In this document: positions 45,478 through 53,700 of the stretch, in pieces
How the letters are laid out: each line of letters begins with the position of its first letter
Position numbering within the stretch: the first letter of the stretch is position 1
DNA from: a virus
Virus record (IMG/VR): IMGVR_UViG_3300035211_000082
Location: 1-57,151 of that record
Length of the DNA stretch: 57,151 nt
Strand: one strand, 5' to 3'
Translations under genes and position numbers: made by a program
Notes under the pieces: generated by a model
What the model saw: the letters and a program-made list of their open reading frames with translations, nothing else
Told to the model about the DNA's origin: nothing
Databases searched by the model: none

Positions 45478-46989
45478 TCACCATACATTACAATCCTTAT
45501 TACTACTAGGCACCAGCTCAACATCCTTCAAACTGCCCCTACCATGTATCATAATCATAGCAACGCAACAAGCGTCTAGAATATTAGGAGACTTACCCCC
45601 AGGCTCAAATTCCAAAAATTCATTTTCAAATAGTTTATGGGTTTTATTTATCCAAAATCTTTTAGTCTCACAATATACACTAAAAGATTCTATCCTAGTA
45701 GCCTTGCTTTGTGTACCGACGTTAACTGGCATAATCGGCGGTAAACTGCCTAATATAAATGCTTGTTGTGCCAATACTCGCTGATACTGAACACTTTCAA
45801 CGCCCATTTTATATGGCTTATACTTTCTATTATATCGGTCAACTAGTTTTAATTGTTCTGGGAATGTTAACCAATCCTCAAATTCTTCTATCAGATATGC
45901 CTTAACTCCATCAAATCCAATAACAGCTAACCCAAACTTATCTTGTCGCTTGCTTTCTGCTGTTGTTTTATCGTCAGCGACCGCGGGATCAATGCCTATA
46001 TATATTTTTAGCCTCGGAGGCATGTTGTCATAATAATTCAACCAATTAGGATCTAGCAATTTTGCTGAAATTGATTTTCTATCATTCTGCATTACTTTGT
46101 TGAACTTAATTGTACCGATAGAGTCTTTTTTTGCCAATACTCTTGACAAGGGCCATTGCTCCGGCCACAAAGTTGTTGTTTGATCTGAGTCGAGAGCCGA
46201 CAAATGCACATAAGCATATTCGTTTTTATCTGAAAGAACACATAATAAATCCTTAGTATGTTGCAATGTCCCTAAAAGAATTTTACGTCCACCATCAATT
46301 ACCCTTGCGTCGATTATTTCAAGCCACCAATCCTCAACTTTTTTTCTAAGTATATCTGTTTGTGAATTAGATAGATCTATAATATCATCAGCGATTACCC
46401 AATCAAGCCTAGCTCCCATTACTGCTCCACCTGTGCCAATTGCGACAATTGTAGGATCTTTTGATTGATATCCCTGATCTCTTTTTATAATTATCTCTTC
46501 TGTTGTCCATTTGCCAGCATCGTCATTTTTGGTTGGCTTATGAGGTATGATATAGTCTCCAAAATCTTCTTTAAATCGTGGATTGTACTCTATATGCCAT
46601 TTTATAAGTCTTAGAAATCCCTTTGCTTGGCGAGAAGTGTTTGATAAGATGCACCCTTGTGTATTTCGATCCCGGCAAAGAAAGAATAGAGGTAATACTA
46701 AACTGAACCAGGTCGACTTTGCATGTTCAACTGGTACATGAATCACCAAATTGTTATTAATCATAGCTTCTTCAAGCATATAATATTGATGATTAGCTGT
46801 ATTACTGTTCCATTTACGAGTATATGGCTTAATATAATATTCGCCAAATAATGCAGGATTTTGCAATACTATTTCTTTTCTAGTTTTTTTATCTAAATTT
46901 TCAAGCTTATTTCTTAATGCTTCTGTAGTTGGCTTTAACAAATATTCACCTGGTAATTTTGAATGTTGTCTAATTTTTTCTTTAATCAT
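45478..46989 (-). CDS. terL: terminase large subunit
   Basis: 503 aa; ATPase half (VPVEHAKST..., WVIADDIID) and nuclease half (YIGIDPAV...); next to the portal side of the head module. Confidence 0.8.
   Translation of the reverse strand: MIKEKIRQHSKLPGEYLLKPTTEALRNKLENLDKKTRKEIVLQNPALFGEYYIKPYTRKWNSNTANHQYYMLEEAMINNNLVIHVPVEHAKSTWFSLVLPLFFLCRDRNTQGCILSNTSRQAKGFLRLIKWHIEYNPRFKEDFGDYIIPHKPTKNDDAGKWTTEEIIIKRDQGYQSKDPTIVAIGTGGAVMGARLDWVIADDIIDLSNSQTDILRKKVEDWWLEIIDARVIDGGRKILLGTLQHTKDLLCVLSDKNEYAYVHLSALDSDQTTTLWPEQWPLSRVLAKKDSIGTIKFNKVMQNDRKSISAKLLDPNWLNYYDNMPPRLKIYIGIDPAVADDKTTAESKRQDKFGLAVIGFDGVKAYLIEEFEDWLTFPEQLKLVDRYNRKYKPYKMGVESVQYQRVLAQQAFILGSLPPIMPVNVGTQSKATRIESFSVYCETKRFWINKTHKLFENEFLEFEPGGKSPNILDACCVAMIMIHGRGSLKDVELVPSSNKDCNVW
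46672..46687 (+). repeat. CCGGCAAA motif copy (inside terL)
   Basis: ccggcaaagaaagaat preceded by gatc; encodes ...LFFLCRDRN... Confidence 0.8.
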
Positions 46990-47572
46990 CTTTTAGCCTT
47001 TTATTCGCCTTTTTTAAAGCATCAATTGTCTTCATAAAATTTTCTTGTGTTAATCCTTGCATATTATTTCCTTTGCCGGGATCACAATTTAAAGACTCAT
47101 CTTTATTTATATCAATAAAATTAATTTCATTTTTATCTATCTTTTTGCTACAAGATACTAACTTGTCAAGTATACTCGTTAAAGTATTAATTGATATTTT
47201 ACCAGACTTAGATGCTTCCACAATTTTATTTAACAACACAGGAATTTCTTCCCATATAATGCTATTGCAAATCAATTGCATTTGTTCAATATTTTTAGAT
47301 AGCTTTGTTTCATTAATGCCATTATTGTTTATATTAAAATTATGATCTTTGATTTTTGCTAATAAACTTTTTTCACTGTAAATTTGCGGTATAAATAATT
47401 TATGCTCTTTCAATATGTCAAAAGTTATATCAAATTTTGCTTTGACTTGAGCATATATTACAAATTCTGATTTACTATTAGTATATAAATCGACATCGTA
47501 ATTTGTTATTTTATTTATGCATAGCTTACATTTAAGCTTATGCTGTAGTAATTTATCGTTATTATTATCCAT
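46982..47572 (-). CDS. possible terminase small subunit (position only)
   Basis: overlaps the terL start; ATG at 47572 (MDNNNDKLL...); the track start is a GTG further upstream. Confidence 0.3.
   Translation of the reverse strand: MDNNNDKLLQHKLKCKLCINKITNYDVDLYTNSKSEFVIYAQVKAKFDITFDILKEHKLFIPQIYSEKSLLAKIKDHNFNINNNGINETKLSKNIEQMQLICNSIIWEEIPVLLNKIVEASKSGKISINTLTSILDKLVSCSKKIDKNEINFIDINKDESLNCDPGKGNNMQGLTQENFMKTIDALKKANKRLKDD
47064..47079 (-). repeat. CCGGCAAA motif copy (inside CDS)
   Basis: rc gatcccggcaaaggaaataa. Confidence 0.8.
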
Positions 47573-47628
47573 AATCTTATTATACAAAAAAAATAACACC
47601 TAGCGATAGGCATTATTTGAATCAATTA

Positions 47629-47757
47629 TCATTTTCTCTGAATACATTCATATCCGCATTCTGGGCACTTGTATTCTGTGCCTCCTGTTATATCATCAGT
47701 GCCAACATTATCCATCGCAACTGATTTTTTCTTTTTCTTGCATTCTGGACAATCCAT
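47629..47757 (-). CDS. zinc-ribbon mini-protein (42 aa; not in ORF track)
   Basis: MDCPECKKKKKSVAMDNVGTDDITGGTEYKCPECGYECIQRK. Confidence 0.45.
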   Translation of the reverse strand: MDCPECKKKKKSVAMDNVGTDDITGGTEYKCPECGYECIQRK

Positions 47758-47922
47758 TTTATCTTTCACCTACCAATAATTTTAAATCAGGACTTAAATC
47801 AATATCGCAATCCTCAGCCTTATTAACTAATACAGCTCCAGCATTATTTAAAACCTCATTTAAGCTAATACTATTACTGTAAAAATTAAGCAAATATTTT
47901 AAATGTTTGCAATAAGTATTTT

Positions 47923-48699
47923 TTATTTCAACAAATTCAACATATCGATTTGATTATTAACTAATATATCTATAATCTTACTCTTGCCCGAAAGCTCAGC
48001 ATAAGTCTTAATTTTTGCCTTAGTTGTCTTAAATATCTCATGATATTCAGTGCCTTTGTCGATCTCCTGCTGTATTATTTTTTGTGTAAGTATTTCAGCA
48101 CTATTAACAATGTCTAATTGATCTTTAGTCATATAATTTCTAGTAGTTCCGGCTTTAGGCTTGAACTCAAAATCGAACAATGACTTGTTTATCATATTGG
48201 TAAATTGAGAATATGCTAATTGCGGCTTCTTTTCGTAGGTTTTAGAACCGTTTTCAATAGCATACTTTAAATAGTTTTCGTACTCTTTTGCTACTTTCTT
48301 TCTTGTTTCTTTACCTTTTTCTCGTGATTCTAGCCATTCTTTGTTTTGTTTGTTAAGCTCTACTTGTAATAAAGCTCTACGCATTCTATAAAATTCTTTA
48401 ACTAAGTATTGTTTAAAATCTAACACTTCTTCGCTATTGTCCATCAAAGAAATTAAAAAACTCGCCTGTACTTCATTCAATAAATAAAATTTAGAAGGTC
48501 GTCCTCGTCGTTCTATTTTCCAATTATTAGTTGATTTTTTTTCTGTTTCAAACGGAAGAATTCCTCTTATTTTTTTTATTCTTTCAAAATGATTTTCGAT
48601 TAATTGAATTACATTTTTATGCTTGTTGTTAACTCCATCAGCAATCATTTTGCTAGTTATTATTAGTTCATTCTTATTTATTTCTATTAAATTTTTCAT
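47923..48699 (-). CDS. Rha-family phage regulatory protein / antirepressor
   Basis: 258 aa; TSKMIADGVNNKHKNVIQLIENH...KFYLLNEVQASFLISLMDNS. Confidence 0.6.
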   Translation of the reverse strand: MKNLIEINKNELIITSKMIADGVNNKHKNVIQLIENHFERIKKIRGILPFETEKKSTNNWKIERRGRPSKFYLLNEVQASFLISLMDNSEEVLDFKQYLVKEFYRMRRALLQVELNKQNKEWLESREKGKETRKKVAKEYENYLKYAIENGSKTYEKKPQLAYSQFTNMINKSLFDFEFKPKAGTTRNYMTKDQLDIVNSAEILTQKIIQQEIDKGTEYHEIFKTTKAKIKTYAELSGKSKIIDILVNNQIDMLNLLK

Positions 48700-49035
48700 T
48701 TATGGTCCCTCGCTTTATTTTTAACGTTTATGTAAATATTATATTATTAATTTACGCTAATGTCAAAAATAAATTAAGGTTTACCACTCATTAACTTGCC
48801 TAGTAACAATAGACAACTATTTTTTTTATAATATATAATCCATAATTTATGGACTATATATTTATTGTCATTTATTACATAACTATGCAAAATATATTTC
48901 GCAATCACAAATTATATTTTAAAATGTTTCTGGTCTTCCTTTTTTTTACCATTATTTGTTTTAGAGTTTTCAAAACCCAAAAAATCAAATCTTTTTTATT
49001 CTTTTAGAAATATTTATATCAAATTGCGAATATAA

Positions 49036-49521
49036 TCACAAATCATATTCGCAAAACAACTGCTTCAAATAAACATATTTTGACTTATCCGGCAAGGAAG
49101 ACAACCTGACAATAATCTTAAAGTAAATATTGTCATCGCCCTCAATCCCTGCATCAATATATCTTCCTGCTTCGCCTTCTAGATATTTAAATGCCTTATC
49201 TATATATCTTTTTCTCTTGAACTTAACAACTTCTTCAATCCTTTTGTCGGCAATTGTCGGTTTCTCAATTTTGCCATCTAATCCATACTCTTTCACCAAA
49301 TCACTAAACGACTTATTGTATTTCTCTCTCATGAAGTCGATTGAGTCTCCGCCATCACAGCAACCATTATAACTGTAATAGCTGTTATTGTCGTTCAGCA
49401 TAAAATGCCATTTATGATTGCAGAAAGGGCAATCTTTTAATAATCGCCCTTTTCTTGTTTTTTTAAAGTCTTTTGTGTTGCAATAATCGGCTATTCTAAT
49501 TTTTGATTTTAGATCAGTCAT
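49036..49521 (-). CDS. CHC2-type zinc-finger protein (primase-finger-like)
   Basis: CPFCNHKWHFML...NGCCDGGDSIDFM resembles the DnaG/P4 primase zinc finger. Confidence 0.4.
   Translation of the reverse strand: MTDLKSKIRIADYCNTKDFKKTRKGRLLKDCPFCNHKWHFMLNDNNSYYSYNGCCDGGDSIDFMREKYNKSFSDLVKEYGLDGKIEKPTIADKRIEEVVKFKRKRYIDKAFKYLEGEAGRYIDAGIEGDDNIYFKIIVRLSSLPDKSKYVYLKQLFCEYDL
49089..49104 (+). repeat. motif variant CCGGCAAG
   Basis: ccggcaaggaagacaa (inside CDS). Confidence 0.5.
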
Positions 49522-49538
49522 TAAATTTACAAACCCCT

Positions 49539-49979
49539 CTACTCACACCGAATATATAACTCATCACACATTTCACAGTATTGCGTAATTATTTTTATTT
49601 TTTTATTTTTTCCATCTTTATCAATGTATAATGTATTGTGATTATTCCAATGCATTATATCTTCACATTTAGGACATTTTCCTAAATCTGTATACTTATA
49701 ACTGCCATATTGTTTACGATCAGATTGATTTACAAATATTCTTTTATGCACTCTCTCAACTAAATCAATCATAATCTCAGTTACCCAGTATTTAGCACAC
49801 ATAAAATCTGACTTATCATCACATGATTTAATTCTAAAATCTTCAGTATCTTCTTCTACTATTTCAAAAGTTTTGTTTCTTTGTTTGTGCATATCTGAGC
49901 TAAAACCAAATCCGTCATAACAATTACCTATTTTTAAACCATTTTTAAACTTAACTTTGTCACCAATTTGAAATTTCAT
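49539..49979 (-). CDS. hypothetical protein with C-terminal Cys cluster (146 aa)
   Basis: ggaggattaaatt ATG; CPKCEDIMHW...YCEMCDELYIRC. Confidence 0.55.
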   Translation of the reverse strand: MKFQIGDKVKFKNGLKIGNCYDGFGFSSDMHKQRNKTFEIVEEDTEDFRIKSCDDKSDFMCAKYWVTEIMIDLVERVHKRIFVNQSDRKQYGSYKYTDLGKCPKCEDIMHWNNHNTLYIDKDGKNKKIKIITQYCEMCDELYIRCE

Positions 49980-49982
49980 AAT

Positions 49983-50465
49983 TTAATCCTCCAATTTGAT
50001 TTTAAAACTTTCTAAATTATTTTTTATTTCGCAGCTTTCTACGATCTCGCCAGTTGTTTTATTTATTACAGATTCGCCTTCTATGACCAGATCTTTTTTA
50101 AAATTAATCCAGTCTACGCTTTTTTTGATTTTTATAAATTCTTCAGGTATTTCTTTTTCAATATAGTCTGTTTTTAAGGCAATTGTTTTAAAAGCTTTCT
50201 TTCTTGTAAGTTTGCATGACGGAGTTTTATAAGTGTATTGTGTTTTCGTTTCTTTATAGTCCTCTTCTGGTATCATGCTAAACAATTTTTGTTTTAAGCT
50301 TTCTTCTGCATTTTCGATATTGCTCTTATATTCTGATATTTTTTCTTGATATTTTGCGATCATGCTTTCACAAGTATTTATAAGCTTTTCATTTTCAAGC
50401 TTAATTTCCTTAAAATCGTTTACAATTAATTCTGCATTAATGTTTTTATCTTGTAAGTTTTTCAT
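49983..50465 (-). CDS. Gp157/Gam-like coiled-coil protein; paralog of 5508..5972
   Basis: see 5508..5972; ggaggattaaaat ATG. Confidence 0.45.
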   Translation of the reverse strand: MKNLQDKNINAELIVNDFKEIKLENEKLINTCESMIAKYQEKISEYKSNIENAEESLKQKLFSMIPEEDYKETKTQYTYKTPSCKLTRKKAFKTIALKTDYIEKEIPEEFIKIKKSVDWINFKKDLVIEGESVINKTTGEIVESCEIKNNLESFKIKLED

Positions 50466-50502
50466 ATTTTAATCCTCCATTTTGTTATTTGTAAAACTTG
50501 TG

Positions 50503-50518
50503 CCGACAAAAGGAAATC
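50503..50518 (+). repeat. motif variant CCGACAAAAGG
   Basis: ccgacaaaaggaaatc; flank aaaggaa(a)tcatataa shared with 29801-29815. Confidence 0.5.
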
Positions 50519-50549
50519 ATATAATTAATTATCTCTTGACGGCATATTC

Positions 50550-50651
50550 TTATTTGCTTGGACAATTAGGATTACTGCATTCATAAGTTTCATTGCCATT
50601 TTTATCTATAATCCTTGTCATAATACATCCGCATTCTGGACATCTAGGCAT
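50550..50651 (-). CDS. zinc-ribbon mini-protein (33 aa; not in ORF track)
   Basis: aaggaggattaagat ATG; MPRCPECGCIMTRIIDKNGNETYECSNPNCPSK. Confidence 0.5.
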   Translation of the reverse strand: MPRCPECGCIMTRIIDKNGNETYECSNPNCPSK

Positions 50652-50681
50652 ATCTTAATCCTCCTTAAAATTAATACTCTT

Positions 50682-50710
50682 ATTATATATCATTGTATTT
50701 TAAAAGTCAA
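50682..50710 (-). promoter_or_regulatory. member of the conserved promoter family TTGACT-N17-TATAAT
   Basis: minus strand: ttgacttttaaaatacaatgatatataat. Confidence 0.6.
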
Positions 50711-50714
50711 TTGT

Positions 50715-50924
50715 CTAATCAAAATAAAACATTTGATCTTGATTTACATTAAAATAGTTACATATTTTTGCTCTAACTTGATATTTAGGGTAAGAGCAAT
50801 TAGCTTCAATTCTTCTAAGTGTGCAAGTTGATACACCTAATATTTCTGCAAGATCTACCTGTCTTAAATTTTTCCATACCCTGTATTTTTTTAAATTGTT
50901 TTTAATGTTTTTATTTTCTTTCAT
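50715..50924 (-). CDS. XRE/Cro-type HTH transcriptional regulator
   Basis: 69 aa; LKKYRVWKNLRQVDLAEILGVSTCTLRRIEAN. Confidence 0.7.
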   Translation of the reverse strand: MKENKNIKNNLKKYRVWKNLRQVDLAEILGVSTCTLRRIEANCSYPKYQVRAKICNYFNVNQDQMFYFD

Positions 50925-50947
50925 TTTTTTATCCTCCTATGTTTATA

Positions 50948-51115
50948 TTATATTTCCACCCCATATTTTCTCATTTCTCTGTGCCTATTTTCTAACTTAA
51001 TCTCATCTGCCCTGCACCATACACATTTTCTTTGCGGCTTAGGGGTTAAATTGCCACACTTGCATGTATTTTTATTTATTTGATTGAACCATTTAATTTG
51101 ATTTTTAGTCGCCAT
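50948..51115 (-). CDS. small Cys-containing protein (55 aa from internal ATG)
   Basis: aggagtgggatt ATG GCG; MATKNQIKWFNQINKNTCKCGN...CVWCRAD. Confidence 0.45.
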   Translation of the reverse strand: MATKNQIKWFNQINKNTCKCGNLTPKPQRKCVWCRADEIKLENRHREMRKYGVEI

Positions 51116-51125
51116 AATCCCACTC

Positions 51126-51260
51126 CTATTCTTCAACATTCCAAGACCACCCACATTTATTACAAGTCAATTTAAATAATTTTATTAATTTACTATCTTG
51201 TATATATGTATGTACAAGTTCTTTATCAATGTCTGTGCTTTTGCATTCACTACATTTCAT
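51126..51260 (-). CDS. zinc-ribbon mini-protein (44 aa; not in ORF track)
   Basis: gaggatgaaaaa ATG; MKCSECKSTDIDKELVHTY...LTCNKCGWSWNVEE. Confidence 0.45.
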   Translation of the reverse strand: MKCSECKSTDIDKELVHTYIQDSKLIKLFKLTCNKCGWSWNVEE

Positions 51261-51276
51261 TTTTTCATCCTCAGTA

Positions 51277-53409
51277 TTATTTTAATATTTTTCTTAACTT
51301 ACTAACAAAATTAGTTTTTCTAGTCCAGTCTAAACTTTTTCTACAAATTTCAAATATTTCTGATTGATTTTTAGCTAATATTATGCAGTTTTGCTTTGCT
51401 CTAGTTATTGCTGTATATAGCAACCTATGATCACTTATGCAATTATTCTGTAACAATATCAATACGCTTTTGCTCTCTGAACCTTGCAGCTTATGCACTG
51501 TACAAGCATAAGCATACACAATTTTCTTAAGCTCACTATTTTTAAATATAATCCTAAGATTTAAAAAATAAAAATATATTGTTGTTTCTTTCTTTGTAAC
51601 ATGTTCAACTATGCCCATGTCTCCATTAGATATGCCTTTTTCACGATCATTTTCTAAGTTAATTACTTTATCATTAACCCTAAATTTACATTTCTTAAGT
51701 TCAGGATTGACATTGTCTTTAACCTTGTATTTCTCATTTATTGTTTCTCTAGTTTTATTTGTTATAGTTGCAATTTGGAAATTTTTATAAAATTCCAAAA
51801 CATTGCTATACTTACTCTTAAATTTAAAGTATATCTTTTCAATTAAGTCCTCTTTCAACTCGCCTATAAAAAATTCAGCAGTTTTTATAATATCAATCTC
51901 TTTTTTGTTCCTTACTTTTTTTGCATTCTTAATTATAAGGCTGTCCTTGGCTTGCCTAAATGTCTCAGGCAAGTGCAAATGTGTAAAACATTTGCTTTCA
52001 ATCAAGTCATTTAATACCTGACCGCAGCCAACGCTTGGAAGCTGGAATGGATCACCAACAAATAATATTTTTTCAAATTTTAATCTGACCTGGTTTAACT
52101 TGTTGATTGTTTTTAATAGCCTGTAAAATAAGTGTTGATCAATCATACTGCTTTCATCTACTACTATTATTTTTTTATTTGTTCTTAGACTAAATCTATC
52201 TAATACTGCACTTGCACTTACTAATGTCTCCATAAACTCTATATAACAAACTAGGCTATGTATTGTAAATGCTTTTTGGTTTGCGCATTCTGACAATCGG
52301 CAGGCTGCTTTGCCCGTCGGCGCTAAAAGCAATGATGAATAATTAAATTTGTTCAAAACATCTAGTAATGCGCTTGTTATAGAACTCTTGCCTGCCCCTG
52401 CCCCGCCAGTAAGAATTGATATATTGTCTCCAAATGTTATTTTTGATAACGCTTCTTTTTGGCTGTCTGCTAATTCAAGATTATTGTAATTTTCAAAATC
52501 TTTGATTGAGTCTTGAAATGTTTCGACATTTATATCATTTTGTTCTATTATTTGATATTTATTAAACTGCGCCAGCAAAGAAGGACTTATAGTCTCAGCT
52601 TCGAATATTTCTTTTAGATAAACTTTTTTATCTTCTGTCTCAAGCAATTCATTCTTGTCTATAAAATCATCTACCGTTTCGTTTGCTGGCAAATACCTAA
52701 CCTCATTTATCAGGTATTCCTTGAACTCGCTGAATTCAACATAATTACTGTTCTTGCTGTTAAATTGTTTAAACTTATGTTCAACCAAATATTTATTTCT
52801 TTCTGTATTATCTAAGCTAATATTTAATTTTGTCCTGGCAATTTCATCAACCGCTAAGAATCCTATGTTTAACTTAGATAAGTACTTGTATGGCTGATCA
52901 TACAACTGTTCTAAGCTCCTAATCGACTTACTTAATTTGCTTGCATAATTATAATTATCAATTATGCAAGCGATCTCGGCTGTTATGTTTTCGGCCTCAG
53001 CTTGTTCCAACTTTTTCAAAACTAACTCTGACTTTTTCGGACCTATTCCTTTTATCTTTTTGCCAGCCTCGACATGATTTATAAAGTCTTGGGCTGATTC
53101 AAACTTATATGTTTCAAACATTTCATCAATTGATTTCCTGGTTATGCCCTTAATCTCCGACAGAATACATTTGAAGTATTCTGTGCTTTTTGTGTCTACT
53201 TTTTGGTATTTAACCCAAATTGTTTTGCCAAAACTATTTTCTGTTTGAGATCCTTCGACTATTATGTTAGGCAATAATTTTAATTCTATGCCCTGTATTG
53301 CTAATGTTATGTCATCAGCTACAAATGCACCTGGTTTATAAAAGTTCCAGTCTGATTTCGCTGGTGCTTTATAGAAATTATATTCGTTGTTGTTGAATTG
53401 ATATTCCAT
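51277..53409 (-). CDS. RecD-like SF1 DNA helicase (AAA_30 + UvrD_C-like) with N-terminal HhH
   Basis: 710 aa; IKGIGPKKSELVLKKL; Walker A ILTGGAGAGKSS; IIVVDESSMID; YACTVHKLQGSE; YTAITRAK. Confidence 0.8.
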   Translation of the reverse strand: MEYQFNNNEYNFYKAPAKSDWNFYKPGAFVADDITLAIQGIELKLLPNIIVEGSQTENSFGKTIWVKYQKVDTKSTEYFKCILSEIKGITRKSIDEMFETYKFESAQDFINHVEAGKKIKGIGPKKSELVLKKLEQAEAENITAEIACIIDNYNYASKLSKSIRSLEQLYDQPYKYLSKLNIGFLAVDEIARTKLNISLDNTERNKYLVEHKFKQFNSKNSNYVEFSEFKEYLINEVRYLPANETVDDFIDKNELLETEDKKVYLKEIFEAETISPSLLAQFNKYQIIEQNDINVETFQDSIKDFENYNNLELADSQKEALSKITFGDNISILTGGAGAGKSSITSALLDVLNKFNYSSLLLAPTGKAACRLSECANQKAFTIHSLVCYIEFMETLVSASAVLDRFSLRTNKKIIVVDESSMIDQHLFYRLLKTINKLNQVRLKFEKILFVGDPFQLPSVGCGQVLNDLIESKCFTHLHLPETFRQAKDSLIIKNAKKVRNKKEIDIIKTAEFFIGELKEDLIEKIYFKFKSKYSNVLEFYKNFQIATITNKTRETINEKYKVKDNVNPELKKCKFRVNDKVINLENDREKGISNGDMGIVEHVTKKETTIYFYFLNLRIIFKNSELKKIVYAYACTVHKLQGSESKSVLILLQNNCISDHRLLYTAITRAKQNCIILAKNQSEIFEICRKSLDWTRKTNFVSKLRKILK

Positions 53410-53417
53410 AGCTTAAT

Positions 53418-53700
53418 CCGTTAAACAAAACTTATAAAAACTTTATAAAAGTTATTCATCTTGTCTTATAAAGGTAATAGTAAAAGACAGGGTTTAACCG
53501 TTAAACAAAACTTATAAAAGTTAATAAAGCTTATTCCTCATTCATTACGTCCCATTTGGTATAATCTTTAAAGATTATAGCTACTTTGGTTTGATATAAC
53601 GCTCCAAAGGCTTAAATTCCCGTATAACGCACGGTACACATTAACATTATCTTTCAAATGATACTATGCTAATTTTGATAAATTTATTGCAGCATTTAAA
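53418..53700 (-). ncRNA. candidate TnpB omega-RNA scaffold region (overlaps the tnpB 3' end and runs to the right end)
   Basis: Minus-strand stems ccgt..acgg, ctttgg..ccaaag, ataatcttt/aaagattat downstream of the tnpB stop; the position matches known omega-RNAs; exact ends unknown. Confidence 0.45.
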
